From Chitinophagaceae bacterium (GTDB lineage: Bacteria; Bacteroidota; Bacteroidia; Chitinophagales; Chitinophagaceae), in assembly GCA_024643645.1 (NCBI GenBank), contig JAHEMN010000003.1, positions 1,409 through 65,408 on the forward strand: a stretch of 64,000 nt of DNA, given 5' to 3'. Each line of letters opens with the position of its first letter. The stretch's first letter is position 1. The notes under the pieces are model-generated. The model was given only the letters and a program-made list of their open reading frames with translations, was not told where the DNA came from and made no database searches. The translations under genes were made by a program, and so were the position numbers. Positions 9,513 to 17,773 of the stretch are shown one piece after another.

Positions 9513-10747
9513 TTTTTATTTGGTTTAACCGGTACGGTAAAGTTAACTGTAGTTCCCTTATTTAATTCACTTTCTATACTAACTTTTCCACCAATCAGGT
9601 CTATGTACCTTTTTACAATATGCAGGCCAAGTCCAGTACCTTGAATATTTGTTGCATTTGCTGCTCGGAAAAAACTGGAAAAAAGATGTGCTTTATCATC
9701 ATCAGAAATACCTATTCCCTGATCAATAACAGATACAATAATGTTATCCTCTTTCATTTTCCCTTTTATTACAATGGCTTTCTCTTCATCAGAAAACTTA
9801 ACCGCATTGCTTACTAGGTTTATTAATATATTTCTGAACAATTTTTTGTCTGTAAAACCAACCAGATCATTGTTACAGTCCAATTCAAATATTTGCCCTT
9901 TTTTCAAAATAGCTTTCATCTCATCCAACGTTTGTTCGATCAGCTCCTTAATATTTACATTCTCAGTTTCTGCTTCTAATTTTCCTTCGTTTAATTTACC
10001 GAGTGACAAAAAGTCTTCAAGTATATCATTTAAATTATTGACTGAATTTTTTATCCTTTGAATATGTTTATCCCTTTTTACCTGGTCTTCTGCAGTTATA
10101 TATTTTGCCAATAAAGAAGCGGATGAAAATACAGTTGTAAGGGGGGTTCTGAATTCATGAGAAGCCATAGAAACAAAACGACTTTTTATCTCATTAAGCT
10201 GCCGCTCTTTATCTAAAGCTTCACTCAACTCTTCCTGTGACTGTTCCAGCTTTTGCAAAGCTTCTTTTAAGATCAATGTCCTTTCCTCTACTTTAATTTC
10301 AAGATCAGCATTCAGTTGTCTGATCTTTCCTGTTATATTTTCAAGTTCTGCTTTTTGAAGCAGCATACTATTCTCAATTTCTTTTCTTTTAGTAATATCA
10401 ATTACAAAAGCGATCACAAACATTTCACCATCTCTTGTATAATGGCTTAAACTTATTTCCACCGGTAAATCTGAACCATCTTTTTTTCGGCCATGCAGAT
10501 CTCTTCCATGACCCATGGTACGATTGGAGGGTTTTTTATAAAACCCTTCTCTTAATTCATTATGATGTGGTTTGAATTTCTCAGGTATAAGAATTTCAAT
10601 TGGTTTACCTATTAATTCTTCATCAGCATACCCAAACATTTTTCTAACCGCCGGATTAGCCATTACAATAAAACCTTTTCCACTTGTTAGGATTATCCCT
10701 TCAGTTGCATTCTCAAATAAAGAGGTCATATGGGCCTGATCGAGCAT
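9509..10747 (-). CDS. FixL-like PAS sensor histidine kinase
   Basis: PAS with ILIPEKFKPHH and GHGRDLHGRKKDG; H-box SHEFRTPL; N box NLVSNAVKF; G boxes DQGIG and GTGLGL. Confidence 0.92.
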   Translation of the reverse strand: MLDQAHMTSLFENATEGIILTSGKGFIVMANPAVRKMFGYADEELIGKPIEILIPEKFKPHHNELREGFYKKPSNRTMGHGRDLHGRKKDGSDLPVEISLSHYTRDGEMFVIAFVIDITKRKEIENSMLLQKAELENITGKIRQLNADLEIKVEERTLILKEALQKLEQSQEELSEALDKERQLNEIKSRFVSMASHEFRTPLTTVFSSASLLAKYITAEDQVKRDKHIQRIKNSVNNLNDILEDFLSLGKLNEGKLEAETENVNIKELIEQTLDEMKAILKKGQIFELDCNNDLVGFTDKKLFRNILINLVSNAVKFSDEEKAIVIKGKMKEDNIIVSVIDQGIGISDDDKAHLFSSFFRAANATNIQGTGLGLHIVKRYIDLIGGKVSIESELNKGTTVNFTVPVKPNKK

Positions 10748-10866
10748 ACGATTCCGTTAATTTAAGGCTGAAAATAAATTATTATAGGCAAAAAAAAAAG
10801 ACAAGAAAAATCCTGTCACTAAACAGTATTATTTAGCAAAACTACTCTTATTCCGGCTTGCTGATC

Positions 10867-11073
10867 TTAGCTCTTTTTTTTGGCAGAACTAATTCCGAAT
10901 AATGAATAAAGAGGACAAAGACCAAAAAGACTTGTGAGCAAAAATATGGCTGCAACTGCCAGTAAAATATAACCTAAAACTCCGGTTACAGTATTTGTAA
11001 AAAACAAAACTGCAATTAATACAACAATGAGCAACCGAATAATACGATCCGCTCCTGACATATTGATTTTCAT
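10867..11073 (-). CDS. DUF2892 (YgaP-like) small membrane protein
   Basis: NMSGADRIIR...GLCPLYSLFGISS; ATG 11073 lies downstream of promoter P2. Confidence 0.85.
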   Translation of the reverse strand: MKINMSGADRIIRLLIVVLIAVLFFTNTVTGVLGYILLAVAAIFLLTSLFGLCPLYSLFGISSAKKKS

Positions 11074-11092
11074 TTTTATTAATTTTAGTATA

Positions 11093-11157
11093 CGAAGATA
11101 AAAATGCCAATTTGCTGATAGAGTGAGATTTGTCACATTATACCATGACTTACAACT
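11093..11157 (-). promoter_or_regulatory. Tandem Crp/Fnr-like boxes plus -7 element (P2)
   Basis: Minus strand: AGTT-GTAA-GTCA (11157), TGAC-AAAT-CTCA (11135), TATCTTCG (11100). Confidence 0.65.
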
Positions 11158-11179
11158 TAGTAATTCGGGTGTTTAAGAG

Positions 11180-11244
11180 GTAATTTAGTCACTTTCTTAA
11201 CTGACCTCTATCAGTCAATAATAACTTTAACAAGCTTATATTAG
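11180..11244 (+). promoter_or_regulatory. Tandem Crp/Fnr-like boxes plus -7 element (P3)
   Basis: GTAA-TTTA-GTCA at 11180, TGAC-CTCT-ATCA at 11202, TATATTAG at 11237. Confidence 0.65.
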
Positions 11245-11252
11245 ATCATTAA

Positions 11253-12089
11253 ATGATTAACATGAAAACAATAATTGTTCCTACAGACTTCTCACCTATA
11301 GCTCATAATGCCATGAATTATGCAGTAGATATGGCAGTGGCAATTGGTGCTGATATACATTTAATCAATGTGTATAATATTCCTGTCTCATATACTGAAG
11401 TGCCTGTTGTAATGGTTTCAGTAGAAGAATTGAAAAAAAGCAGTGAAACACAATTAATGGAATTGCAGACAAGTATTCTTCATATAACATCAGGAAAAGT
11501 GAAAGTTAAAATTGAGAGTATAATGGGTAATACGGTAGATGAACTTGAAGAAGTTTGTAAAAAAATAAACCCTTTTGCTGTAGTTATGGGAGCAAAAGGG
11601 AAAGGAGCTATTGAAAATTTATTATTTGGCAGTACAACATTAACCGCTTTACGCCATCTTACCTGGCCGGTAATTTGTGTGCCACCCGGAAAAGAATACG
11701 GCACTGGTATCAAAAGAATTGGATTTGCATGTGATTTCAGAGAAGTAGTAGAAACAACTCCGGTAGCATTAATAAAAGATTGGGTTAAAATATTCAATGC
11801 AGAACTTCATATTCTCAATGTTGATTATAAGAATAAAGGTTTTGGCCCAGATACTCCACAAGAAACATATAAAGTGCATGAATTAATGGATGATATTAAT
11901 CCTCACTACCATTTTATTACTTTCCCTGATATAGAAGATGGTATTAATGAGTTCGCAGAAAACAATAATATGGACCTGGTAATAACCATCCCTAAAAAAC
12001 ATAAATTATTAGAAGGGTTATTTAAGCCCAGTAGTACAAAACAATTGGTTTTACATTCTCATGTACCGATCATGTGTGTACATGAGTAA
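11253..12089 (+). CDS. Universal stress protein (tandem USP domains)
   Basis: KTIIVPTDFS, VVMGAKG, LFGSTT; alternative start ATG 11262. Confidence 0.92.
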   Translation: MINMKTIIVPTDFSPIAHNAMNYAVDMAVAIGADIHLINVYNIPVSYTEVPVVMVSVEELKKSSETQLMELQTSILHITSGKVKVKIESIMGNTVDELEEVCKKINPFAVVMGAKGKGAIENLLFGSTTLTALRHLTWPVICVPPGKEYGTGIKRIGFACDFREVVETTPVALIKDWVKIFNAELHILNVDYKNKGFGPDTPQETYKVHELMDDINPHYHFITFPDIEDGINEFAENNNMDLVITIPKKHKLLEGLFKPSSTKQLVLHSHVPIMCVHE

Positions 12090-12105
12090 TAAATAAAGTT
12101 GAAGA

Positions 12106-12855
12106 TCAGGAATTCAATACTTCCTTTTCTATCTCAATAGCACGGGGAAACAAAACCGAATGTTCAAGAAAAGCATGTTGAATTATTTCATTATCTAATT
12201 CTTTCAATTTTGCAAAAACGACTTTATGGCTTACACATGCCTTTTCTGGAGGGCTATAATTACCTGTGAGGCTTCTGATAAGTAAGATAATTTCTGTTAT
12301 TGTATCCTGCCCTCTGAACATTCTTACTTCAAGCGGCTTTCGCAAAGTCTTTACCAATAATGCAGCATATGGCTCTTTATCTTTATGTGCATGTGCAAGA
12401 TGTCTTATGTAAGGAAAGATTACCTCTTCTTCCTGTTGCATTGAATTAATCAATATTTTAACAAGCAATTCAAATTGACTTAGTAGCTCGGACAGGTAAG
12501 CGTATTTTTTTAGATGCTCTTTTGAAAATTCCTGCAATAAACTATGTGACACCCCCAATGATTTTTTAAGATAATTATGATGGATATTCACAATAAAATC
12601 GATAATAAAATCTGTAGTACAATCCGTAAAGTCCAAAGAATTTGATATTGAATTTGTTCGGGTAGCCATCTCCAACTCCTGTTGTAAAATAACAGGATCC
12701 ACCCCATTCATTTGACAAGCCATCTCAATCGGCCATTTACCCCCACAACAATAACCGATACCATACTTGCGAAAAACTTCTGCTGTACGATAATCCTGAG
12801 ATACTACATCTGCTACTAATGACTTTTCATTTATATCAAAAGAGTGTAAAAACAT
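12106..12855 (-). CDS. Ric/ScdA/YtfE-like protein with degenerate di-iron site
   Basis: N-terminal FRKYGIGYCCGG domain and hemerythrin-like domain; two His ligands substituted. Confidence 0.85.
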   Translation of the reverse strand: MFLHSFDINEKSLVADVVSQDYRTAEVFRKYGIGYCCGGKWPIEMACQMNGVDPVILQQELEMATRTNSISNSLDFTDCTTDFIIDFIVNIHHNYLKKSLGVSHSLLQEFSKEHLKKYAYLSELLSQFELLVKILINSMQQEEEVIFPYIRHLAHAHKDKEPYAALLVKTLRKPLEVRMFRGQDTITEIILLIRSLTGNYSPPEKACVSHKVVFAKLKELDNEIIQHAFLEHSVLFPRAIEIEKEVLNS

Positions 12856-12879
12856 TAATTATTTATCACTTGTTAAAAG

Positions 12880-12922
12880 CAAATTAAACCAGACTCGTTT
12901 TTAAAAATCATGATTAAAATCA
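12880..12922 (-). promoter_or_regulatory. Single Crp/Fnr-like box plus -7-like element (P8)
   Basis: TGAT-TAAA-ATCA at 12911-12922; TTAATTTG on minus strand at the same 35-bp offset; distal box poor. Confidence 0.5.
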
Positions 12923-12936
12923 GTTGTTAACATATT

Positions 12937-13377
12937 TTAAATAACTGCAATACTTTTTATAAAATCTGGCTTATCTTTTTTTAATAAATCGTTTATAGTT
13001 GTTGTAGATAGCAGAACCTTCCATTCTTTTCGTAAAGCATCTATCTTATGATGAATTGGGCATGGATTTATTGAATTACATTTTCTAAGTCGTAATACAC
13101 ACATACTAATATCTTCAACTTCACCAGTAATCTCCATCAATTTATAAAGTGTACATCTTGTAGTATTCTTGTTTAAAAAAAAACCGCCAAACGGGCCCTT
13201 CATTGAGTCAACTACTCCTTCCTTTACCAATTTTTTCATCACATTACCTAAAAAATGCCTCGGTATAGTTAATTGCTCTGCAATCTCATCTAATTGAATT
13301 TTAGGCTTTTCACTTGTTTTTAATGCAATGAACAATATTGCCCGCAATGCATATCCAAATGTTTTTGAAAAAATCAT
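12937..13377 (-). CDS. Rrf2 family transcriptional regulator
   Basis: FSKTFGYALRA, SMKGPFGGF wing, C-x6-C-x5-C-x2-H candidate Fe-S ligands; ATG 13377. Confidence 0.92.
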   Translation of the reverse strand: MIFSKTFGYALRAILFIALKTSEKPKIQLDEIAEQLTIPRHFLGNVMKKLVKEGVVDSMKGPFGGFFLNKNTTRCTLYKLMEITGEVEDISMCVLRLRKCNSINPCPIHHKIDALRKEWKVLLSTTTINDLLKKDKPDFIKSIAVI

Positions 13378-13411
13378 ATACAAACATGCTCATCTGTATT
13401 GAAAATCAGGC

Positions 13412-13476
13412 TGATTAATATCATTTATTTCTTTGATGATAGTCATGGCCATTAAAAACATGTGCCAATACTTTTG
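13412..13476 (+). promoter_or_regulatory. Tandem Crp/Fnr-like boxes plus -7 element upstream of nos operon (P4)
   Basis: TGAT-TAAT-ATCA at 13412, TGAT-GATA-GTCA at 13434, TACTTTTG at 13469. Confidence 0.8.
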
Positions 13477-13481
13477 AAAAA

Positions 13482-13503
13482 TAAAAGACATCGATGTCTT
13501 TTA
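13482..13503. promoter_or_regulatory. Perfect 22-bp palindrome, candidate Rrf2 operator
   Basis: TAAAAGACATCGATGTCTTTTA immediately after the -7 element of P4. Confidence 0.65.
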
Positions 13504-13526
13504 ATCAATCATCAAAATAAATAAAC

Positions 13527-13997
13527 ATGAAACTTGCCAACTTATGTACTGCATTAGCATTTGCATTTAGCCTTGTTTTTATTTCCTGTAAAGAAGGGGT
13601 AAAAAAAGACGAAAAACCAATTGATGTACAGGAATTAACAAAGGATCAACCTGAAACTCATGGTACTGAACTAAAAGAAAGTGATATCACATTAAGTACT
13701 CCTTTGGATCAAACAATGGTAAGCACTGGTAAAGGCATTTATGAATTAAAATGCCAGTCTTGCCATAAACTAACTGAAGAAAAATTAGTAGGCCCTGGTT
13801 GGAAAGATGTAACAAAAACCCGGAAGCCGCTATGGATTATGAATATGATTACTAATGTCGATATGATGTTGGCATCTGATCCTGAAGCGCAAAAATTGCT
13901 TGAACAATGTTTAGTTCGTATGCCTAATCAAAATATTACAACCGAAGATGCAAGAAATGTAGTTGAGTTTATGCGTAATAACGACGGAGAAAAATAG
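13527..13997 (+). CDS. Monoheme cytochrome c lipoprotein (nos-associated)
   Basis: Lipobox FISC, CQSCH heme motif, RMPNQ candidate Met ligand. Confidence 0.9.
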   Translation: MKLANLCTALAFAFSLVFISCKEGVKKDEKPIDVQELTKDQPETHGTELKESDITLSTPLDQTMVSTGKGIYELKCQSCHKLTEEKLVGPGWKDVTKTRKPLWIMNMITNVDMMLASDPEAQKLLEQCLVRMPNQNITTEDARNVVEFMRNNDGEK

Positions 13998-14024
13998 TAT
14001 CACTAAACATATAAATTAAAATTT

Positions 14025-16019
14025 ATGAAAATCTTCCAACCAAAAAACTTGCAATACCTCCTTATTGCAGTTTTTGCATTTTTCTTCCTAGAAAGTTGCA
14101 AACCGAAAGGAGCACAATCCGCTGCTGGCGGAGATGCATCAAAAGCTTATGTAGCGCCAGGTAAATATGATGAGTTTTACAATTTTGTATCCGGTGGTTT
14201 CAGCGGACAAATGTCTGTTTATGGATTACCATCCGGTAGATTATTAAGGGTTATTCCGGTTTTTTCAACTGACCCTGAAAAAGGTTGGGGTTTTAGTGAA
14301 GAAACAAAACCGATGTTGAACACATCACATGGGTTTGTACCCTGGGATGACGCCCATCATCCTGAAATGTCGCAGACCAATGGAGAAGTGGATGGACGCT
14401 GGGTATTTATCAATGGAAATAATACTCCACGTATAGCAAGAATTGATCTGAAAACATTCCGCACAGCAGAAATATTAGAAATTCCAAATAGTGCTGGTAA
14501 TCACTCTTCTGCTTTTGTTACACAAAATACAGAGTATGTTGTAGCGGGAACCCGTTTCAGTATTCCACTGGATAATATGAATGGAGATGTTCCAATTGAT
14601 AGTTACAAACAAAATTTTAAAGGAACTGTCAGTTTTATAAAAGTAGATTCTACAGATGGTAATATGAAAATTGCATTCCAGATTCGAACACCAGGTGTAA
14701 ACTTTGACCTAAGCCATGCCGGCAAAGGGAATAGTCATGGATGGTTCTTCTTCTCATGCTATAATTCTGAACAAGCTAATACTTTATTAGAAGTAAATGC
14801 ATCGCAAAGAGATAAAGATTTTATCATGGCAGTGAATTGGAAAAAAGCAGAGGAATATTTAAAAGCAGGTAAGGGAACAAAGCAGTCTGTTCGTTATGCT
14901 CATAATAAATACAGCGATATTAATCATAGTGCAACATCAACTATAGAAACAGAAGTGACTGTTTTAGATGCTAAAGAGTTAGCGGAAATGGTATACTTAA
15001 TTCCATGCCCTAAGTCTCCACATGGTTGTGATGTAGACCCTACTGGTGAATATATTGTTGGTAGTGGTAAATTAGCAGCTTTGATGCCGGTATATTCATT
15101 CACTAAGCTACAAAAAGCTATTGCAGATAAAGCATTCGATGGAGATTATGAAGGGATTCCTGTTATAAAGTATGAAGCAGCTTTGCATGGTGAAGTACAG
15201 AAACCAGGCTTGGGCCCTCTACACACAGAATTTGATGGAAATGGAAATGCTTATACATCCATGTTTGTTTCTTCTGAAATAGTAAAATGGAATGTAAAAA
15301 GTCTTCAGGTTTTAGACAGGGTACCTACTTATTACTCAATCGGTCACTTATGTGTACCTGGTGGTGATAGCAGAAAACCTTTTGGTAAATATGTTATTGC
15401 TTATAACAAAATCACTAAGGACAGATATTTGCCAACCGGACCTGAATTAACTCAAAGTGCTCAACTTTATGATATCAGTGGTGACAAAATGAAGCTCATA
15501 CTTGACTTCCCTACTATTGGAGAACCACACTATGCCCAAGCTGCACCGGCTGAATTGATTAATAAAAATTCAGTAAAGTTTTTCAAAATTGAAGAAAGTC
15601 AACATCCTTATGTTGCTAAAGGTGAAGGACAAGCCAATATTATAAGAGAAGGAAATAAAGTACATATTAAAATGACTTCCATCCGATCTCATTTTAATCC
15701 AGATAATATTGAAGGTATTAAAGTTGGCGACGAAGTATATTTCCATGTAACTAATCTTGAACAAGACTGGGATGTGCCACATGGATTTTCTATTAAAGGT
15801 GCTAACAATGCTGAATTGCTTATTATGCCAGGAGAAACCCAGACTTTAAAATGGCTGCCTGAAAAAGCAGGGATGTTCCCATTTTATTGCACTGACTTCT
15901 GTTCTGCACTTCATCAGGAAATGCAGGGATATATAAGAGTTTCACCATCAGGTAGCAGTGTCCCACTTTCATTTGGAACAGGTAGAAAACCAACACCATC
16001 CGCGGCAAAAGAACCATAA
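14025..16019 (+). CDS. nosZ: Clade II (Sec-dependent) nitrous-oxide reductase
   Basis: No twin-Arg motif, lipobox LESC; CuZ His motifs DAHH, GNHS, PHG, GPLH, EPH; CuA motif CTDFCSALHQEM. Confidence 0.97.
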   Translation: MKIFQPKNLQYLLIAVFAFFFLESCKPKGAQSAAGGDASKAYVAPGKYDEFYNFVSGGFSGQMSVYGLPSGRLLRVIPVFSTDPEKGWGFSEETKPMLNTSHGFVPWDDAHHPEMSQTNGEVDGRWVFINGNNTPRIARIDLKTFRTAEILEIPNSAGNHSSAFVTQNTEYVVAGTRFSIPLDNMNGDVPIDSYKQNFKGTVSFIKVDSTDGNMKIAFQIRTPGVNFDLSHAGKGNSHGWFFFSCYNSEQANTLLEVNASQRDKDFIMAVNWKKAEEYLKAGKGTKQSVRYAHNKYSDINHSATSTIETEVTVLDAKELAEMVYLIPCPKSPHGCDVDPTGEYIVGSGKLAALMPVYSFTKLQKAIADKAFDGDYEGIPVIKYEAALHGEVQKPGLGPLHTEFDGNGNAYTSMFVSSEIVKWNVKSLQVLDRVPTYYSIGHLCVPGGDSRKPFGKYVIAYNKITKDRYLPTGPELTQSAQLYDISGDKMKLILDFPTIGEPHYAQAAPAELINKNSVKFFKIEESQHPYVAKGEGQANIIREGNKVHIKMTSIRSHFNPDNIEGIKVGDEVYFHVTNLEQDWDVPHGFSIKGANNAELLIMPGETQTLKWLPEKAGMFPFYCTDFCSALHQEMQGYIRVSPSGSSVPLSFGTGRKPTPSAAKEP

Positions 16020-16030
16020 AAATAAACAAT

Positions 16031-16061
16031 ATGAACTCCTCTTCAATAAAGAGGAGTTCAT
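16031..16061 (+). other. Intra-operon stem-loop after nosZ
   Basis: ATGAACTCCTCT-7nt-AGAGGAGTTCAT, no T-tract. Confidence 0.6.
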
Positions 16062-16101
16062 TACCAATTAGCATCTCATATAAAAACTAAAACTGTTTGA
16101 T

Positions 16102-16671
16102 ATGAAAAATTTAATAAAAATATTTTCAGCAATAATTATCTTTTCTTTTTTTATTGCTTGTAATAATGAAAATAAAGAATCTTCTACGGCTGACAACACT
16201 AATACTACGACGGCAGGCGGTCAAGAGGCAGTACAAGATGATGAATCAGAAAAAGATATTGTAAAGATTGCGGTTGGATCTAAAGATCACACAACACTAG
16301 TTGCTGCTTTACAACAAGCAGATTATGTAACTGCATTATCTAATGCAGGTCCATTCACAGTTTTTGCACCAACAAATGCCGCTTTCGATAAGTTACCTGC
16401 AGGTACAGTTGAAGGTTTAATGAAAGCAGATAAGAAACTAGACTTACAGAATATTCTTGAATATCATGTTTCTATTGGTGTATTTAAAGAAGATATGATG
16501 CAAGATGGGCAAATGATTGATCAGGCTAATAATAAAAAAATCACTATCAGCAAAGGGGCTGATGGCAAAATAAAAGTAAACGGAACTGCTAATATTGTTG
16601 CAGCGATAAAGGCAAGTAATGGATTGGTGTATGTAATAGATGAAGTATTACTACCACCTGCGAAAAACTAA
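16102..16671 (+). CDS. Fasciclin (FAS1) domain lipoprotein
   Basis: Lipobox FIAC; GPFTVFAPTNAAF and NGLVYVIDEVLLP. Confidence 0.92.
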   Translation: MKNLIKIFSAIIIFSFFIACNNENKESSTADNTNTTTAGGQEAVQDDESEKDIVKIAVGSKDHTTLVAALQQADYVTALSNAGPFTVFAPTNAAFDKLPAGTVEGLMKADKKLDLQNILEYHVSIGVFKEDMMQDGQMIDQANNKKITISKGADGKIKVNGTANIVAAIKASNGLVYVIDEVLLPPAKN

Positions 16672-16699
16672 GTCTGAAAAGACTTCTTCATTTTAAACT

Positions 16700-16725
16700 A
16701 CCTCCGGGTGTAAAAACCCGGAGGT
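16700..16725 (+). other. Intra-operon stem-loop after fasciclin gene
   Basis: ACCTCCGGGT-6nt-ACCCGGAGGT. Confidence 0.6.
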
Positions 16726-16739
16726 TAATTTACCAACAA

Positions 16740-17330
16740 ATGAATAAACATCTTAGTATACCTTCAAGGATTCTTGTAGCTTTTGCCAGTGGCGCCCTTA
16801 TAGCGGTTTTTCTACTTCCTGCCTGGCGAATTGATCTTTTTGCTCCTCAGTATCCCGAAGGACTATCTATGTACATATGGATAAACAAACTAAGTGGTGA
16901 TATAGACATTATTAATGGATTAAATCATTACATAGGAATGAAACATATATCAATGGAAATGTTTCCTGAGTTTAAATATATGTCCTATGTCGTTTTATTT
17001 TTTATGTTGTTGGGTATGACAGCTGCCATTACTGGAAAACGAAAAATATTATTAGCCTATATCATAGCGACAATTATTGGGGGCTTATTAGTACTTTATG
17101 ATTTATATAGGTGGGGTTATGATTATGGTCACAACCTGGATTCAAAAGCAGCGATTCAAGTGCCTGGATTATCATATCAGCCTCCAGTAATAGGCCATAA
17201 ACGTCTTTTAAATTTCGATGCATATTCTTTCCCAGATGCTGCAGGATGGATTGTAATAGGTGCTGGTTCATTATGCATCATTGTCTGGCTTGTGGAATGG
17301 TATATTAATAGAAAAAATAAAACGAAATGA
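16740..17330 (+). CDS. nosB: NosB-like membrane protein of clade II nos clusters
   Basis: Four hydrophobic segments, APQYPEGL and INGLNHYIGM motifs, position in nos operon. Confidence 0.7.
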   Translation: MNKHLSIPSRILVAFASGALIAVFLLPAWRIDLFAPQYPEGLSMYIWINKLSGDIDIINGLNHYIGMKHISMEMFPEFKYMSYVVLFFMLLGMTAAITGKRKILLAYIIATIIGGLLVLYDLYRWGYDYGHNLDSKAAIQVPGLSYQPPVIGHKRLLNFDAYSFPDAAGWIVIGAGSLCIIVWLVEWYINRKNKTK

Positions 17331-17770
17331 AATCAAATACATCCTTATTGATATTAACTTTTTTATTATTCATTTTCACCTCTTGTTCGTCTCAACCGCA
17401 ACCTTTTGTTACAGGACAGGATGATTGTCATGTTTGCAAGATGGGTTTAGTTGATTTCAAATATGGCGGAGAAATAATTACGAATAAGGGAAAAGTTTAC
17501 AAATTTGATGATATGCGTTGTATGATCAGTTTTATCAAATCTAATTCCCTCGAAGAAAAAGAAATTTCAAAAACCCTAACCATGAATTTTAATAAACCTA
17601 ATGAATTTTTGGATGTAAAAAAAGCATGGTTTGCTGTAAGTGCTGATTTAAGAAGCCCAATGGGTAGTAATGCAGCCGGATTTGGTTCAAAATCAGAAGC
17701 AGAAAATGTCTTAAAAGACAAAACCGGTCAGATTTTTCGTTGGGCCGACTTATTAGAAAGGAGTAAATAG
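17327..17770 (+). CDS. nosL: NosL copper chaperone lipoprotein
   Basis: Lipobox FTSC, CHVCKM, FDDMRCM, SPMG. Confidence 0.9.
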   Translation: MKSNTSLLILTFLLFIFTSCSSQPQPFVTGQDDCHVCKMGLVDFKYGGEIITNKGKVYKFDDMRCMISFIKSNSLEEKEISKTLTMNFNKPNEFLDVKKAWFAVSADLRSPMGSNAAGFGSKSEAENVLKDKTGQIFRWADLLERSK

Positions 17771-17773
17771 TTC

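Noticed and set aside
13527-13620. KKDE after the lipoprotein Cys as a surface-export signal on the nos cytochrome c
   Set aside because: Motif is farther from the Cys than expected and a periplasmic location fits NosZ electron donation
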